From assembly GCA_963702005.1 (NCBI GenBank), contig OY969696.1:4160001-4224000 (forward strand): 64,000 nt of DNA, written 5' to 3'. The stretch comes from Candidatus Aminicenantes bacterium (GTDB taxonomy: Bacteria; Acidobacteriota; Aminicenantia; Aminicenantales; JAFGBC01). Of this stretch, positions 20,461 through 29,783 are shown in pieces; within the stretch, counting starts at the first letter, position 1; each line of letters opens with the position of its first letter. The notes below the pieces were generated by a model. The model saw only the letters and a program-made list of their open reading frames with translations, had not been told where the DNA came from and did no database searches. The position numbers and the translations under genes are program-made.

Positions 20461-20666
20461 TCGCGGGGACTGAAGCTCCACGAACTCACGTCCGTGGGAT
20501 CTGCTTATTGCAGGCGTTGGAGCGCACCCATGGAGCCGCTAATACGGCTCCATGAGTACTGCGAAACCGCACTCATGGAAGCCCTGAGTACTGCAAGGCT
20601 GCTGCCTGTCCCCGAAGCGGGGAGATGGCTATTCCTCCACGGACTAACGTCCATGGAATCCCGCGA
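20461..20666. repeat. Composite palindromic intergenic element (REP/BIME-like)
   Basis: Bounded by TCGCGGG/CCCGCGA; two CCACG(G/A)ACT..GTCC(G/A)TGG hairpins (20478-20497, 20636-20657) and two GCACYCATGG...TGAGTACTGC hairpins (20524-20562, 20569-20594). Modules shared with 54371-54578. Confidence 0.8.
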
Positions 20667-20717
20667 GGGGATTGAACGGCGCCCCGTTTTATGGTAATAA
20701 AATGAGCCTCGGAAGAT

Positions 20718-22767
20718 ATGGGAGTAGGGGTCGTGTTTTCGGCGCGTCCGGTATTTGCCGCCATACTCTGTCTATGTCTTTTTCTCGGCTCGACCGCGAT
20801 CCTCCCGGCCGCAGCCTCGGACACGGCCAGCCTCCCCGCCCTTCTCAAGAAGCTCGATACGCTCCCCGAAGCCGAGAAGATCCCCGTTCTCAACTTGATC
20901 TCCGAGACCTATCTCGCCCGGAAAGACACCCGGGAAGCGCTTCGCTGGGCCGAGCAAGCCCTCCGTCTCGCCCTGGTCCGCGGAAACGATTGGGAAATCG
21001 TCAGGGCGCGCCTGACGCTCGGTTCCGCCTATTATTTTCTCGAGAACTACGCGCTGTCCCTGGAGCATCTCAAGGAATGTTCGACGAAGCTCAAGGAGCT
21101 CGAGGGAGCGCCCGGGGGCGTTCCGAGAGATAAGCTCCTCAAGGCCCGGATCGAGACCGCCGGCTGGCTCGGCTACGCCTTCGAAAAAAACCAGGACATC
21201 CAATCCTCCCTGGATGCGCTCCAGACCGGGGTTGATCTCGCCAAGGAGGCCGGCGACGAGCGGTCCACGGCCGACTTCCTGTACCGAATCGCCGCCGGCC
21301 GCTTCGTCAAAACCGAGTACGAAAAGGCCCTGGCCGCGGGAATCGAGGCCGTCGAGACGGCGCGGAAACTTCGCGACCCGGGGCTCCTCAGCGATTGCGA
21401 ATCCGCGGTCGGTTTTATTTATCGCGACTTGAAGCGCTGGGACACGGCCCTGGAATTCTTCCAATCCGCGCTCCGCAGCTCCGAAGCGGCCCATGACGAA
21501 CGCCGGACGGCCTTGGTCCTAAACGAGATCGGAAATATCTTTACTTTTCGGGAAGACACCAAGGAAGCCCTTAGATACAAAGAGAAGGCCCTGGACGCCG
21601 CCAAACGATCGAACGACGATTACACCCTGTCCTGCTGCCTCCATGACATCGGCAGCGTTTACCTGGAACAGGGGGACAAGGCCGCCGCCTTGATTTTTCT
21701 CCGTCAAGCGCTGGACATCGATATCAAGGAAGGCCAGGAGAGGGAGATCGCCATCGTCTCCCAGAACATCGCCGAGATCTACATGAGTCTGAACAGGATC
21801 GGAGAGGCCCAGGCCGTTCTGGAGCGGGCCCTGCCCTATATCGAGAGAGTCAATTTTCCCAAGGAGCGGGCGGCCATCTACGGCTTGTTGGCCGATGTCC
21901 ATGAGCGGCGCGGCGAGCCCGGGCTGGCCCTGGCTTACCTGCGCAAGGCCTCCGACTTGGAGGAAAGGGTCCCTAAGGAAGAGGGCTCCCGTCAGCTCCA
22001 AGAGCTCCAAACCCGGTACGAAACCGATAAGAAGAGGCGGGAAAACGAGACGTTAGCGCAAAAGAACAACTTCAATGAGCTGACCCTCAAAAAGCAGACC
22101 GCCATCCGTTATTCCCTGATCGCCCTCTCGCTCCTGGTCATTCTCATCGCCGCCCTCATTTACAATCGCTATCGCCTCAAGGCTCGGGCCAATTGGGAGC
22201 TGAAGCTGGCCAACGCCGAGATCAGCGCTAAAAAGGACGAATTGGACCGTGCCAACGTCCGGCTCGAGGAGCTGTCCCGCCATGACCCTCTGACCGGCCT
22301 CTCCAATCGCCGCGACATGATGGAGAAATTCGAAGAGGAGAAGATCCGCTTCGACCGGACCGGACGCCCCTTCGCCTTGATCATGGCCGATATCGACAGC
22401 TTCAAGGACATCAACGACGGCCACGGACACGACTGCGGCGACTTCGTCCTCAAGAGGTTGGCCGGCGTCCCTGAGGTCCTCGCTCCGCAAGCTGACCTGG
22501 ATCAGCCGCTGGGGCGGCGACGAATTCCTCCTCCTCCTGCCCGAGACGAACCTGGCCGGGGCCCGCCGGGTCACGGACAAGATCCGGGACCGGATGGCTC
22601 GAACGCCCTTCTCCTGGGACGGCCAGGCCCTCGACGTCCGGCTTTCGCTCGGGGTCAGCGTCTTCCGGGAAGGGACGGAGATCGACGATCTCCTGCGCGA
22701 GGCGGACCAGGACATGTACCGGAAGAAGAAGGCCGCCAAGGCTAGGCCGGTCGGGCTCCAAGCCTGA
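20718..22767 (+). CDS. TPR-repeat membrane-anchored diguanylate cyclase, frameshift at 22469-22471
   Basis: Signal peptide, TPR array, TM, HDPLTGLSNRR, DIDSFKDINDGHGH; RWGGDEF and ADQDMY follow in the +1 frame, which stops at 22767. Confidence 0.9.
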
Positions 22768-22797
22768 GCCGGGATTTTTTTGAGGAGGACCAACCTT

Positions 22798-24144
22798 ATG
22801 ACCGAGACCGAGCAGCGCTTCCCGATGACCTTCTGGACGGCCAACACGATCGAGCTCTTCGAGCGGGCCGCCTACTACGCCATGGCCTCCTTCGTGGTCA
22901 TCTACCTCCATGAGAACCTGGGGATGAGCCCGAGCAAGGCGACCTCCATCAACGGCATCCTCCTCTGGGGCATCATCTATTTCCTGCCCATCCTGTCCGG
23001 CACGCTGGCCGATAAGTTCGGGTTCAAGCGGTCGCTGAGCGTCGCTTTCGTTCTGATCTCGTTCGGCTACCTGATCATGGGAAACCTCCAGCGGCTTTGG
23101 CCCGGGATCATCGGACGGGGCGCGGCCGAGACCGTCGACTTCACGGTGCCGGTCGTCCTGGGCGTGGTCCTGATCGGGATCGGCGGCTCGATCGTCAAGC
23201 CCTGCATCGCCGGCACGGTCCAGAAGACGGCCGGAACGAGGGCGACCCTGGCCTTCGGAATCTTCTACATGGTCATCAACATCGGCTCTATTTCCGGACG
23301 GGGCGTTTCCTACTTCATCCGGACCAGCCTGGGCATCCCGGCCATCTTCAGCTACGTCGCCTCGCTCTTCGCCCTGGCCGGCCTCATCATCACGCTTTTT
23401 ATCTACCGCGAGCCCGAGTTCGTCAGCGACGGCATCAAAGACGGGCAGACGGTCCCCAAGAGGACGTTGGGCCAGGCTCTGCTGGGCATCGTCACCGTAC
23501 TCAGCAACCTCAATTTCCTGTTCCTGATCATCGTCCTCAGCCTGTTCTGGTTTCTCTACATCCAGCTCTACAACCTCATGCCGCTCTTCATGCGCTATGT
23601 CGACCCCAACGCGCCCATGGAGCTATACACCATGGCCAACCCCCTTATGATCGTCTGCTTCCAGCTCCTGATCACCCGCTGGGTCAAGCGCTGGGCTCCG
23701 GTCAAGTCCATCATGCTCGGAGCCGTCGTCGTGACGCTGGGGATGTCCCTGAACGTCCTGCCGACGCTTTTATTCAAAGACATTACCTCAAAGATTCATA
23801 TCGGCATAGCCGTTCCCGTCGCCGGCATTTTCCTCCTCGTCTCGATCGCCTCAATGGCCGTGGGCGAGATGATGGCCTCCCCGCGGGTCTATGAATACAT
23901 CGGCGCCATCGCGCCGCGCGGCCAGGAGGGGCTTTACCTCGGTTACCAGAGCCTGCCGATCGCCCTGGCCAGCATCGTCGGAGGTCGCTTGGGAGGCAAG
24001 CTTTTCGAGCGCTACATCTCGAATCCCGTGAAGGCCGGCTTGCCCCCCGGCATCACGGCCATGTGGCTGATCATCGTCGGGATCGGGGTCGCCTCGATCG
24101 TCGGACTTTCCGTCTACGACCGGCTCGTCGCCAAAGCCAAATAG
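22798..24144 (+). CDS. POT/PTR-like peptide MFS transporter
   Basis: ELFERAAYY (ExxER), KP, FYMVINIGS motifs; GAGGAGG RBS. Confidence 0.88.
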   Translation: MTETEQRFPMTFWTANTIELFERAAYYAMASFVVIYLHENLGMSPSKATSINGILLWGIIYFLPILSGTLADKFGFKRSLSVAFVLISFGYLIMGNLQRLWPGIIGRGAAETVDFTVPVVLGVVLIGIGGSIVKPCIAGTVQKTAGTRATLAFGIFYMVINIGSISGRGVSYFIRTSLGIPAIFSYVASLFALAGLIITLFIYREPEFVSDGIKDGQTVPKRTLGQALLGIVTVLSNLNFLFLIIVLSLFWFLYIQLYNLMPLFMRYVDPNAPMELYTMANPLMIVCFQLLITRWVKRWAPVKSIMLGAVVVTLGMSLNVLPTLLFKDITSKIHIGIAVPVAGIFLLVSIASMAVGEMMASPRVYEYIGAIAPRGQEGLYLGYQSLPIALASIVGGRLGGKLFERYISNPVKAGLPPGITAMWLIIVGIGVASIVGLSVYDRLVAKAK

Positions 24145-24264
24145 AAATAAAGCGGAACGAGCGAGCTACAACAGGCATTCCCCACCGGGGAAAACTGCGG
24201 CTTCAGGCCGCTCCGGGAAGCCCTGAAAATCGGCGGAAGGACAGCACGGACGCGGGCCGGCCCG

Positions 24265-25710
24265 TCACAGGCTGCCGGCGGCTGCCGCGCCCCAGTCCAC
24301 GATGGCTTTGACGGCGGCGTCGATGGCGAGCCGCGTCCCGTTGCCGCCCCGGTTGGCCAGGAAGGAAAAAATATAGTCTCCTCCGTCCGTGCGGACGACG
24401 CCCGAGAGGGCTCGTACGGCCCTGAGATAGCCGGACTTTGCCCGGACCCGGCCGCGGTATGGTTTCTCCCAAAAGTGGTTCTCGATCGTTCCGTCCATCC
24501 CGCCCACGGCCAGCGTGCTCTCAAAAATATTCCAGTCGGGGCGGCCGGCCAGGTGCAGGAGGATTTGGGTCAGGGCCCAAGCGCTTAGGCGGTTGTCCCG
24601 GCTGAGGCCGCTTCCGTCGGAAAGATAAAATTCGCCGTCATCAATCCCCAGCCCGCGCAGATAATCGGACAGGACCTTTCGGCCGCTCTCCCAACTGCCT
24701 CCTTTGCCGTCGAGGCTGGCTTGGGCTCCAAGTCGCTTGAAGAGCGCCTCGGCGGCCAACCCCAGGCTCTCCTTATTGGCCATCATGAGACAATCGCCCA
24801 GCGGCGTCCGGTATTCGGCCAGCGGCCGGAAGTCAGCGTCGTCGGGCATGGGACGCTCCAAGATTTGCCCGGTCATGTGGATCCCCGCTTTGGTCAAACC
24901 ATCCCTGAGCAGATGGCCGAAGAAGAGGGCCGGATTCTCCACGGCGAAGGAGTAGGGGCCAGCCCGGTCACGGCAAGTTCCCGAGACGACGAGCTCGCCG
25001 GGAACTTCGGTCCGATCCAGGCTGATCCGGCTCCGGCCATAAGACCGGGGCCACACATCATTGATCGGATTCAAATAATCGGTCGGCGGCTCAAGGGAGA
25101 TCACGATCCGGCCTCCCTGATTGAGCACGACGATGTCCGCGCAGTTGCCGTTATAATTGAGGCCGCTGACCTCGCAGGCGTATTTTTGATTGAGTTGGTT
25201 CGCCGGCCAGTTGGGATAAATGCGTTGATCGTCGAAGACGGATACGTCGAGGACGATATTCGAAAGAGAGACGACGCCGCTTTCTATAAGGCGGTCGATG
25301 ATGTCCTGCAGAATCGAGGGGCGCCGATGTCCGTTTCGGGCGGCGATCTCGGGATCGCCGAACAGGGGGTCGCCGCTCCCGATGACGACCAGGTCTTCCC
25401 CGCTCAGGCCGACGCGCGTGACGAAGGCGAAATCCGGCCCCAAGATCTCCAGTGCGCCGGCCGTGGTGACGATCTTCATGTTCGAGGCCGGCATGAGAGG
25501 AAGTCGCGGGTTTTTCTCGTAGACGACCTCGCCCGTATCCCGGCGCACGACGCAGGCCGAAAATTGGACTTTTTTCAACCCGGGCCTGTTTAGAATCTCG
25601 TCGATCCGCTTCGACAGATCATTAGGCGCGACGGCTTGGCCGCAGGGCAGCCTCCCCAGACAAAGAGCGAAGGCCAAGATCGGCAAGGCCGCCATCCTCG
25701 TCAACTTCAT
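24265..25710 (-). CDS. dacB: D-alanyl-D-alanine carboxypeptidase/endopeptidase (PBP4, S13)
   Basis: PASNMK (SxxK), GSGDP, DGSGLSRDN, KSG. Confidence 0.92.
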   Translation of the reverse strand: MKLTRMAALPILAFALCLGRLPCGQAVAPNDLSKRIDEILNRPGLKKVQFSACVVRRDTGEVVYEKNPRLPLMPASNMKIVTTAGALEILGPDFAFVTRVGLSGEDLVVIGSGDPLFGDPEIAARNGHRRPSILQDIIDRLIESGVVSLSNIVLDVSVFDDQRIYPNWPANQLNQKYACEVSGLNYNGNCADIVVLNQGGRIVISLEPPTDYLNPINDVWPRSYGRSRISLDRTEVPGELVVSGTCRDRAGPYSFAVENPALFFGHLLRDGLTKAGIHMTGQILERPMPDDADFRPLAEYRTPLGDCLMMANKESLGLAAEALFKRLGAQASLDGKGGSWESGRKVLSDYLRGLGIDDGEFYLSDGSGLSRDNRLSAWALTQILLHLAGRPDWNIFESTLAVGGMDGTIENHFWEKPYRGRVRAKSGYLRAVRALSGVVRTDGGDYIFSFLANRGGNGTRLAIDAAVKAIVDWGAAAAGSL

Positions 25711-25798
25711 GGTCGTTCGGACATCAACGATATATTGACTCGAGTTCCTATTTATAAGGGCGATCTAAAATAAATGTCAAGCGGTTAGGGGAAAGCCG

Positions 25799-27889
25799 CT
25801 AATTCGGCTGCGCTAAGCGGGAAGCGAGGAGCTGGGCCGTATGCCGGACCTCGACCTCGAGGCCCCGCCGGCGGCAGCCGCCCCGGATCTGGAGGAGGCA
25901 GCCCGGGCAGTCGAGGGCGACGGTCGAGGCGCCGGTCTCCTTGATGGCGTCGAGTTTCTCGGCGAGGATGGCCTCGGAGACCTCGGGGTGGTCGGCCGAA
26001 AAGCTCCCGGCGAAGCCGCAGCAGGTCGCCGTCTCGGACATGTCTTTGATCTTAGACCCCGTCGCCGTCTCCAGGACCGACCTCGTCGCCTCCGAAGCCT
26101 TGAGGTAATACTTGTGATGACAGGATTCGTGATAGGTCAGGGCGCCTGGCTCTTTCCTTTTGGAAAGAACACGCGCCAAGCCTTTCTTTTCCATCCGCTC
26201 GACGAACTCGGCGAAGGAGACGACCTTCTCGGCAAGCCCCGCCGCCTCCTCCCCCGCCAGGTCCGGCCCGGCGTGCCCCAGCATGGTCGTGCAGGTCGGA
26301 CAGAGGGTGACGACGGTCTCGCTCGCCTTGATCGCATCGATCAGCCCGCGGTAGGACTTGCGGGCGGACCTTGAAAATCCCCCGTTCGCCGACGGGAATC
26401 CGCAGCAGACGGCCGGGGCGAGGTCGATCCCATATCCGAGCGCTCTAAGGACCCGGGCCGCGTCTATCCCGATCTCGGGATAAAAGTGCTCGACCAAGCA
26501 TCCGGCGAAGATGGTGACCCTGCCCTTGCCGGAGGACGCCGCACCGCCCAGTTCGCTCTTTTTAAAGAGCCTGGTGAAGGTTTTTTTCGCCGGAGCGGGG
26601 ACGGCCCTGAACCGGTCGTATTTCCGAAACGGGAACGGAAACCGTCTCAGGAATCCTTTCTTCCCGGTCAACAAAGGCCGCCCGATTCTGGCGGCCTTGA
26701 ACACGGCCCGATGGACGGGCGGCCGCGCCATCACGCCCTCGAACGCCATCCTCTTCCAGAGGGGCGCGCCCGTCCGCTCGTTGAGCCGCTCCCTGAGGGC
26801 GATTACGAGGTCCGCGATTTTGATCTTGGCCGCGCAGTACTCCTCGCAGCGGTGGCAGCCAAGGCAGAGCCCGGCCATCGCCTTCGAGTTCTTGAGTCCA
26901 TGAACCCAGGCCGTGAGAAGCGCCCCGATTCCTCCCATATAGACGTGGGCGAATTCTTTCCCGCCCAGAACATTGTAGGCGGGACAGACGTTGAGGCAGG
27001 CCGAGCATTTGATGCAGCGCAGAACCTGGCGGAAGACGGGATCGGCCAGGATCTCGGAGCGGTGGTTGTCGAGGATGACGATGGTCCGGGGATGATCCCC
27101 GGCGCCGGCGATGAAAGAGACATAGCTCGTAAAGACCTGGCCGGTCGCGTTCCGGGGCAGGAGCCGGAGGACGAGGGCCGCGTCGGCCATGGTCGGCACG
27201 ACCTTCTCGATCGAGGCCAGGACGACCTGGATGGGCGGGACCGTCGAGACGAGCCGTCCGTTTCCCTCGTTGGTGACGAGCATGACCGCGCCGTTCTCCG
27301 CGACCAGGGCGTTGGCGCCGCTGAAGCCCGCCGGTATCGAGAAGATCTCTCGGCGGAGCTCCTCGCGGGCGATCCGGACCAGCGCCGGGATCTCGTTGGG
27401 CACGGGACGGCCCAAGCGGCGGGCGAATGTCCGGGCAACATCGGCCCGGGTCAGGTGGATGGCCGGCATGACCATGTGGGTGGGCGCTTCGGCCTCGAGC
27501 TGGACGATCCACTCGCCCAGGTCGGTCTCGCGCGGCTCGATCTTCCGACCGATCAGGAAATCGTTGAGATGCGTCTCCTCTCCGACCATGGACTTGCTCT
27601 TGGCGACCTTGCCCGCGCTGTTCCGGCGGAGGACCTCGGCGATCGCCAGGTTCGCTTCATCGCCGTCCCGGACCCGGAGGACGGTGTTCCCGCGCTTGCG
27701 GGCCTCGGCCTCGAACAGGGCGAGCAGCTCTTCGTTTCTCTCCAGGCTCCGGTCCTTCATCTCGGCCAGCAGAGTCCGCAGCTCCTCGAAATCCTCCCCC
27801 ATTAGGGCGTTCCGGCGCTTGACGAGGTAGCTCCGCGAGAATTCGGCCAAGACGGATTGGAGGTGAGGGTCGATCCGGGTCCGGCTCAT
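25799..27889 (-). CDS. LutB/LldF-like LUD + ferredoxin protein fused to two CCG (LutA-like) domains
   Basis: KSKSMVGEE, ETDLGEWI, NEGNGR, CIKCSACLNVC, CLGCHRCEEYC, CCGF twice, HESCH, CPGC. Confidence 0.9.
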   Translation of the reverse strand: MSRTRIDPHLQSVLAEFSRSYLVKRRNALMGEDFEELRTLLAEMKDRSLERNEELLALFEAEARKRGNTVLRVRDGDEANLAIAEVLRRNSAGKVAKSKSMVGEETHLNDFLIGRKIEPRETDLGEWIVQLEAEAPTHMVMPAIHLTRADVARTFARRLGRPVPNEIPALVRIAREELRREIFSIPAGFSGANALVAENGAVMLVTNEGNGRLVSTVPPIQVVLASIEKVVPTMADAALVLRLLPRNATGQVFTSYVSFIAGAGDHPRTIVILDNHRSEILADPVFRQVLRCIKCSACLNVCPAYNVLGGKEFAHVYMGGIGALLTAWVHGLKNSKAMAGLCLGCHRCEEYCAAKIKIADLVIALRERLNERTGAPLWKRMAFEGVMARPPVHRAVFKAARIGRPLLTGKKGFLRRFPFPFRKYDRFRAVPAPAKKTFTRLFKKSELGGAASSGKGRVTIFAGCLVEHFYPEIGIDAARVLRALGYGIDLAPAVCCGFPSANGGFSRSARKSYRGLIDAIKASETVVTLCPTCTTMLGHAGPDLAGEEAAGLAEKVVSFAEFVERMEKKGLARVLSKRKEPGALTYHESCHHKYYLKASEATRSVLETATGSKIKDMSETATCCGFAGSFSADHPEVSEAILAEKLDAIKETGASTVALDCPGCLLQIRGGCRRRGLEVEVRHTAQLLASRLAQPN

Positions 27890-28467
27890 GCCTTCTTCCT
27901 GATTTTTCCGTCGACAAGGACGATGACCAGACGGCCCGGGCCGTGGACGCCGATCGAAAGGACGTTCTCGATATCGGCGGTCCGGCTCGGACCGGTGACC
28001 AACGAAACCTGTCCGAACCCGGACGGCCGCGCCAGGTGCTTTATGATGGCGGGAAGAGTCTCCTCGAGGCGGGCGGCAATCGCGCCGGAATCGAGGACGC
28101 CAACGCAGACGGGCGGCAAGGTCCAGACGTTTTTATCGGCGTCGCTTCGATCGAGGTGGACAAGCGTCCCCGTTTCCGCGATTCCGTGATGGGCGAATAC
28201 GATTCCGGCCTCGGCCGCCGCTATTTCTTCGGCCTTGTTGCCCCGGACGATGCGCGCCTTGGAGCGAGGAGGGACAAAGGCCCGGGCGTCGGACGCAACG
28301 GCCAAAATCTTGGCGCCGAGATCGTCGAGGATTCCGGAGATGATTTTCCGGGCGCCGGCGGCCGTTTCCGCCCTTAGAACCTCGGCGCCGGCCGCCTCGG
28401 CCCGTTCTCGGAAGAGCCCGGCGAGCCGCGCCCCTCCGCTCGCGCCGGCCGTTCGCCGCTTCACCAT
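27886..28467 (-). CDS. LutC/YkgG-family LUD domain protein
   Basis: GIAETGT and TGPSRTADIE...GVHGP signature. Confidence 0.92.
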   Translation of the reverse strand: MVKRRTAGASGGARLAGLFRERAEAAGAEVLRAETAAGARKIISGILDDLGAKILAVASDARAFVPPRSKARIVRGNKAEEIAAAEAGIVFAHHGIAETGTLVHLDRSDADKNVWTLPPVCVGVLDSGAIAARLEETLPAIIKHLARPSGFGQVSLVTGPSRTADIENVLSIGVHGPGRLVIVLVDGKIRKKA

Positions 28468-29783
28468 CGCCGGGCCTTCTTGGGCTCCATCTTGCGGAGG
28501 TCCAGCCCCCGCTCGAGCGCGCCGATCCGGTACAGGCAGATCTCGCGGACGGACGAGGGATGGTGAAGGACTTCGCTCAGCGATTGGGCGCCCACCGCCC
28601 AGACGCCGCCTCCCCGGACGATGACGACCTTGTATTCGTGGAGCTTGGCGATGAACGTCGCGTCGTCGACTCCGGGCGGGAGGACGGGGATGACGAGATA
28701 GAGGAAGCCGCCCTCGGCGTCGATCGGGATGACCCGGTCGGCGGGCTCCGTTTCTCCCGGATAGCGGTAGTGGGCCAGGGCTTCGGCTTCGGGCTGGTAG
28801 CAGTGCATGGCGGTTTGAAAGTCCGTTTCGGCGTAGATGAGCTTATGGAAGCGAAGCTCCCCGGGATCGCCGGCCTCCGGCCCGATCGGAAGCCTGCGCA
28901 GCGGGCCGCCCAGGTCGCGCGGCATGGCGCCCTTCCCCGCGTAGAGAAGATGGTCGACGCCGCGGGCCGAGATGGAGCCGGTGTGGAAGGGCGAAAGCCG
29001 CGATTCGAACATCCGGTTCCCGGCCTTGCGAAACTCCTTGAGGATCTCCTCCTCATCGGGAAAATCGCAGACGTCGTCGCCCTCGATCTCGTAGGGAACG
29101 GGCGGATGCCGGAAATGCGCGGCCGGGTCGCTCCGGATCTCCGCCCTCAGCTTTTCGACATCGACGCCGAGCTTGCGGAGGAGCCGGACGACGTAACCGG
29201 AGTTGTTGGCAATGCCCAGAATGAAGAAGGCCTCCTGCAGGGTCCGCCCCCGGGCGAACGTCCCGTGGGTCTGGACGACCGTCGCGGGATGATCGGCCAG
29301 GCGCTTGGGGACGGTCTCGATGACCTCGAACGAGCCGCTCGGGACGGCCAGCCAGTCGACCGGGACGACGCCCCCCAGATGATACCAGCCGAGGGGATCG
29401 ACCGGGACGAAGGCGGGCGGCTTGTTGGGCTTGTCGGCGTCGTCGAAGGTCGCGATGATGAGGTCCTTGGTGTGGGCGTGGAACGAGGCCCGGACGCCCG
29501 CGATGGCCAGAATCCGGGCATGGATGTCCGTCTCGGACGAAGCCTTGTAGTAGCCGTAGTCGGTCTCGCCGGGCGAGAGAAAGCAGATCTGGCTCGGTTC
29601 GAGGTCGCCCTTCTGGGAGCCGGTCGCAGTGATGACGATTTTCTCGCGGCCGGCCCCGTCCCGCCACTTGACGACCATGTTCCCGCTGTGGCTGTCCTGG
29701 ATGTCGACGAGGAGGCTGGCCCTCCCCACAGTCTGGAAGAGCTTGAGAAGCTCCTCGCTCGCTTTCCAATCCTTTCCGATCAT
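28461..29783 (-). CDS. Tandem two-domain class II aldolase/adducin-family protein
   Basis: Domain 1: SHSGN, ITATGS, ASSETDIH, HAH, THG. Domain 2: HTGSISAR, FHKLIY, MHCY, PIDAEG, VIVRGGG. True start MIGKDW overlaps the AOR stop (ATGA). Confidence 0.85.
   Translation of the reverse strand: MIGKDWKASEELLKLFQTVGRASLLVDIQDSHSGNMVVKWRDGAGREKIVITATGSQKGDLEPSQICFLSPGETDYGYYKASSETDIHARILAIAGVRASFHAHTKDLIIATFDDADKPNKPPAFVPVDPLGWYHLGGVVPVDWLAVPSGSFEVIETVPKRLADHPATVVQTHGTFARGRTLQEAFFILGIANNSGYVVRLLRKLGVDVEKLRAEIRSDPAAHFRHPPVPYEIEGDDVCDFPDEEEILKEFRKAGNRMFESRLSPFHTGSISARGVDHLLYAGKGAMPRDLGGPLRRLPIGPEAGDPGELRFHKLIYAETDFQTAMHCYQPEAEALAHYRYPGETEPADRVIPIDAEGGFLYLVIPVLPPGVDDATFIAKLHEYKVVIVRGGGVWAVGAQSLSEVLHHPSSVREICLYRIGALERGLDLRKMEPKKARRW

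Noticed and set aside
20461-20666. Clustered short palindromic repeats as a CRISPR array
   Set aside because: No constant repeat-spacer period, repeats are nested and dispersed, and no cas genes are present.
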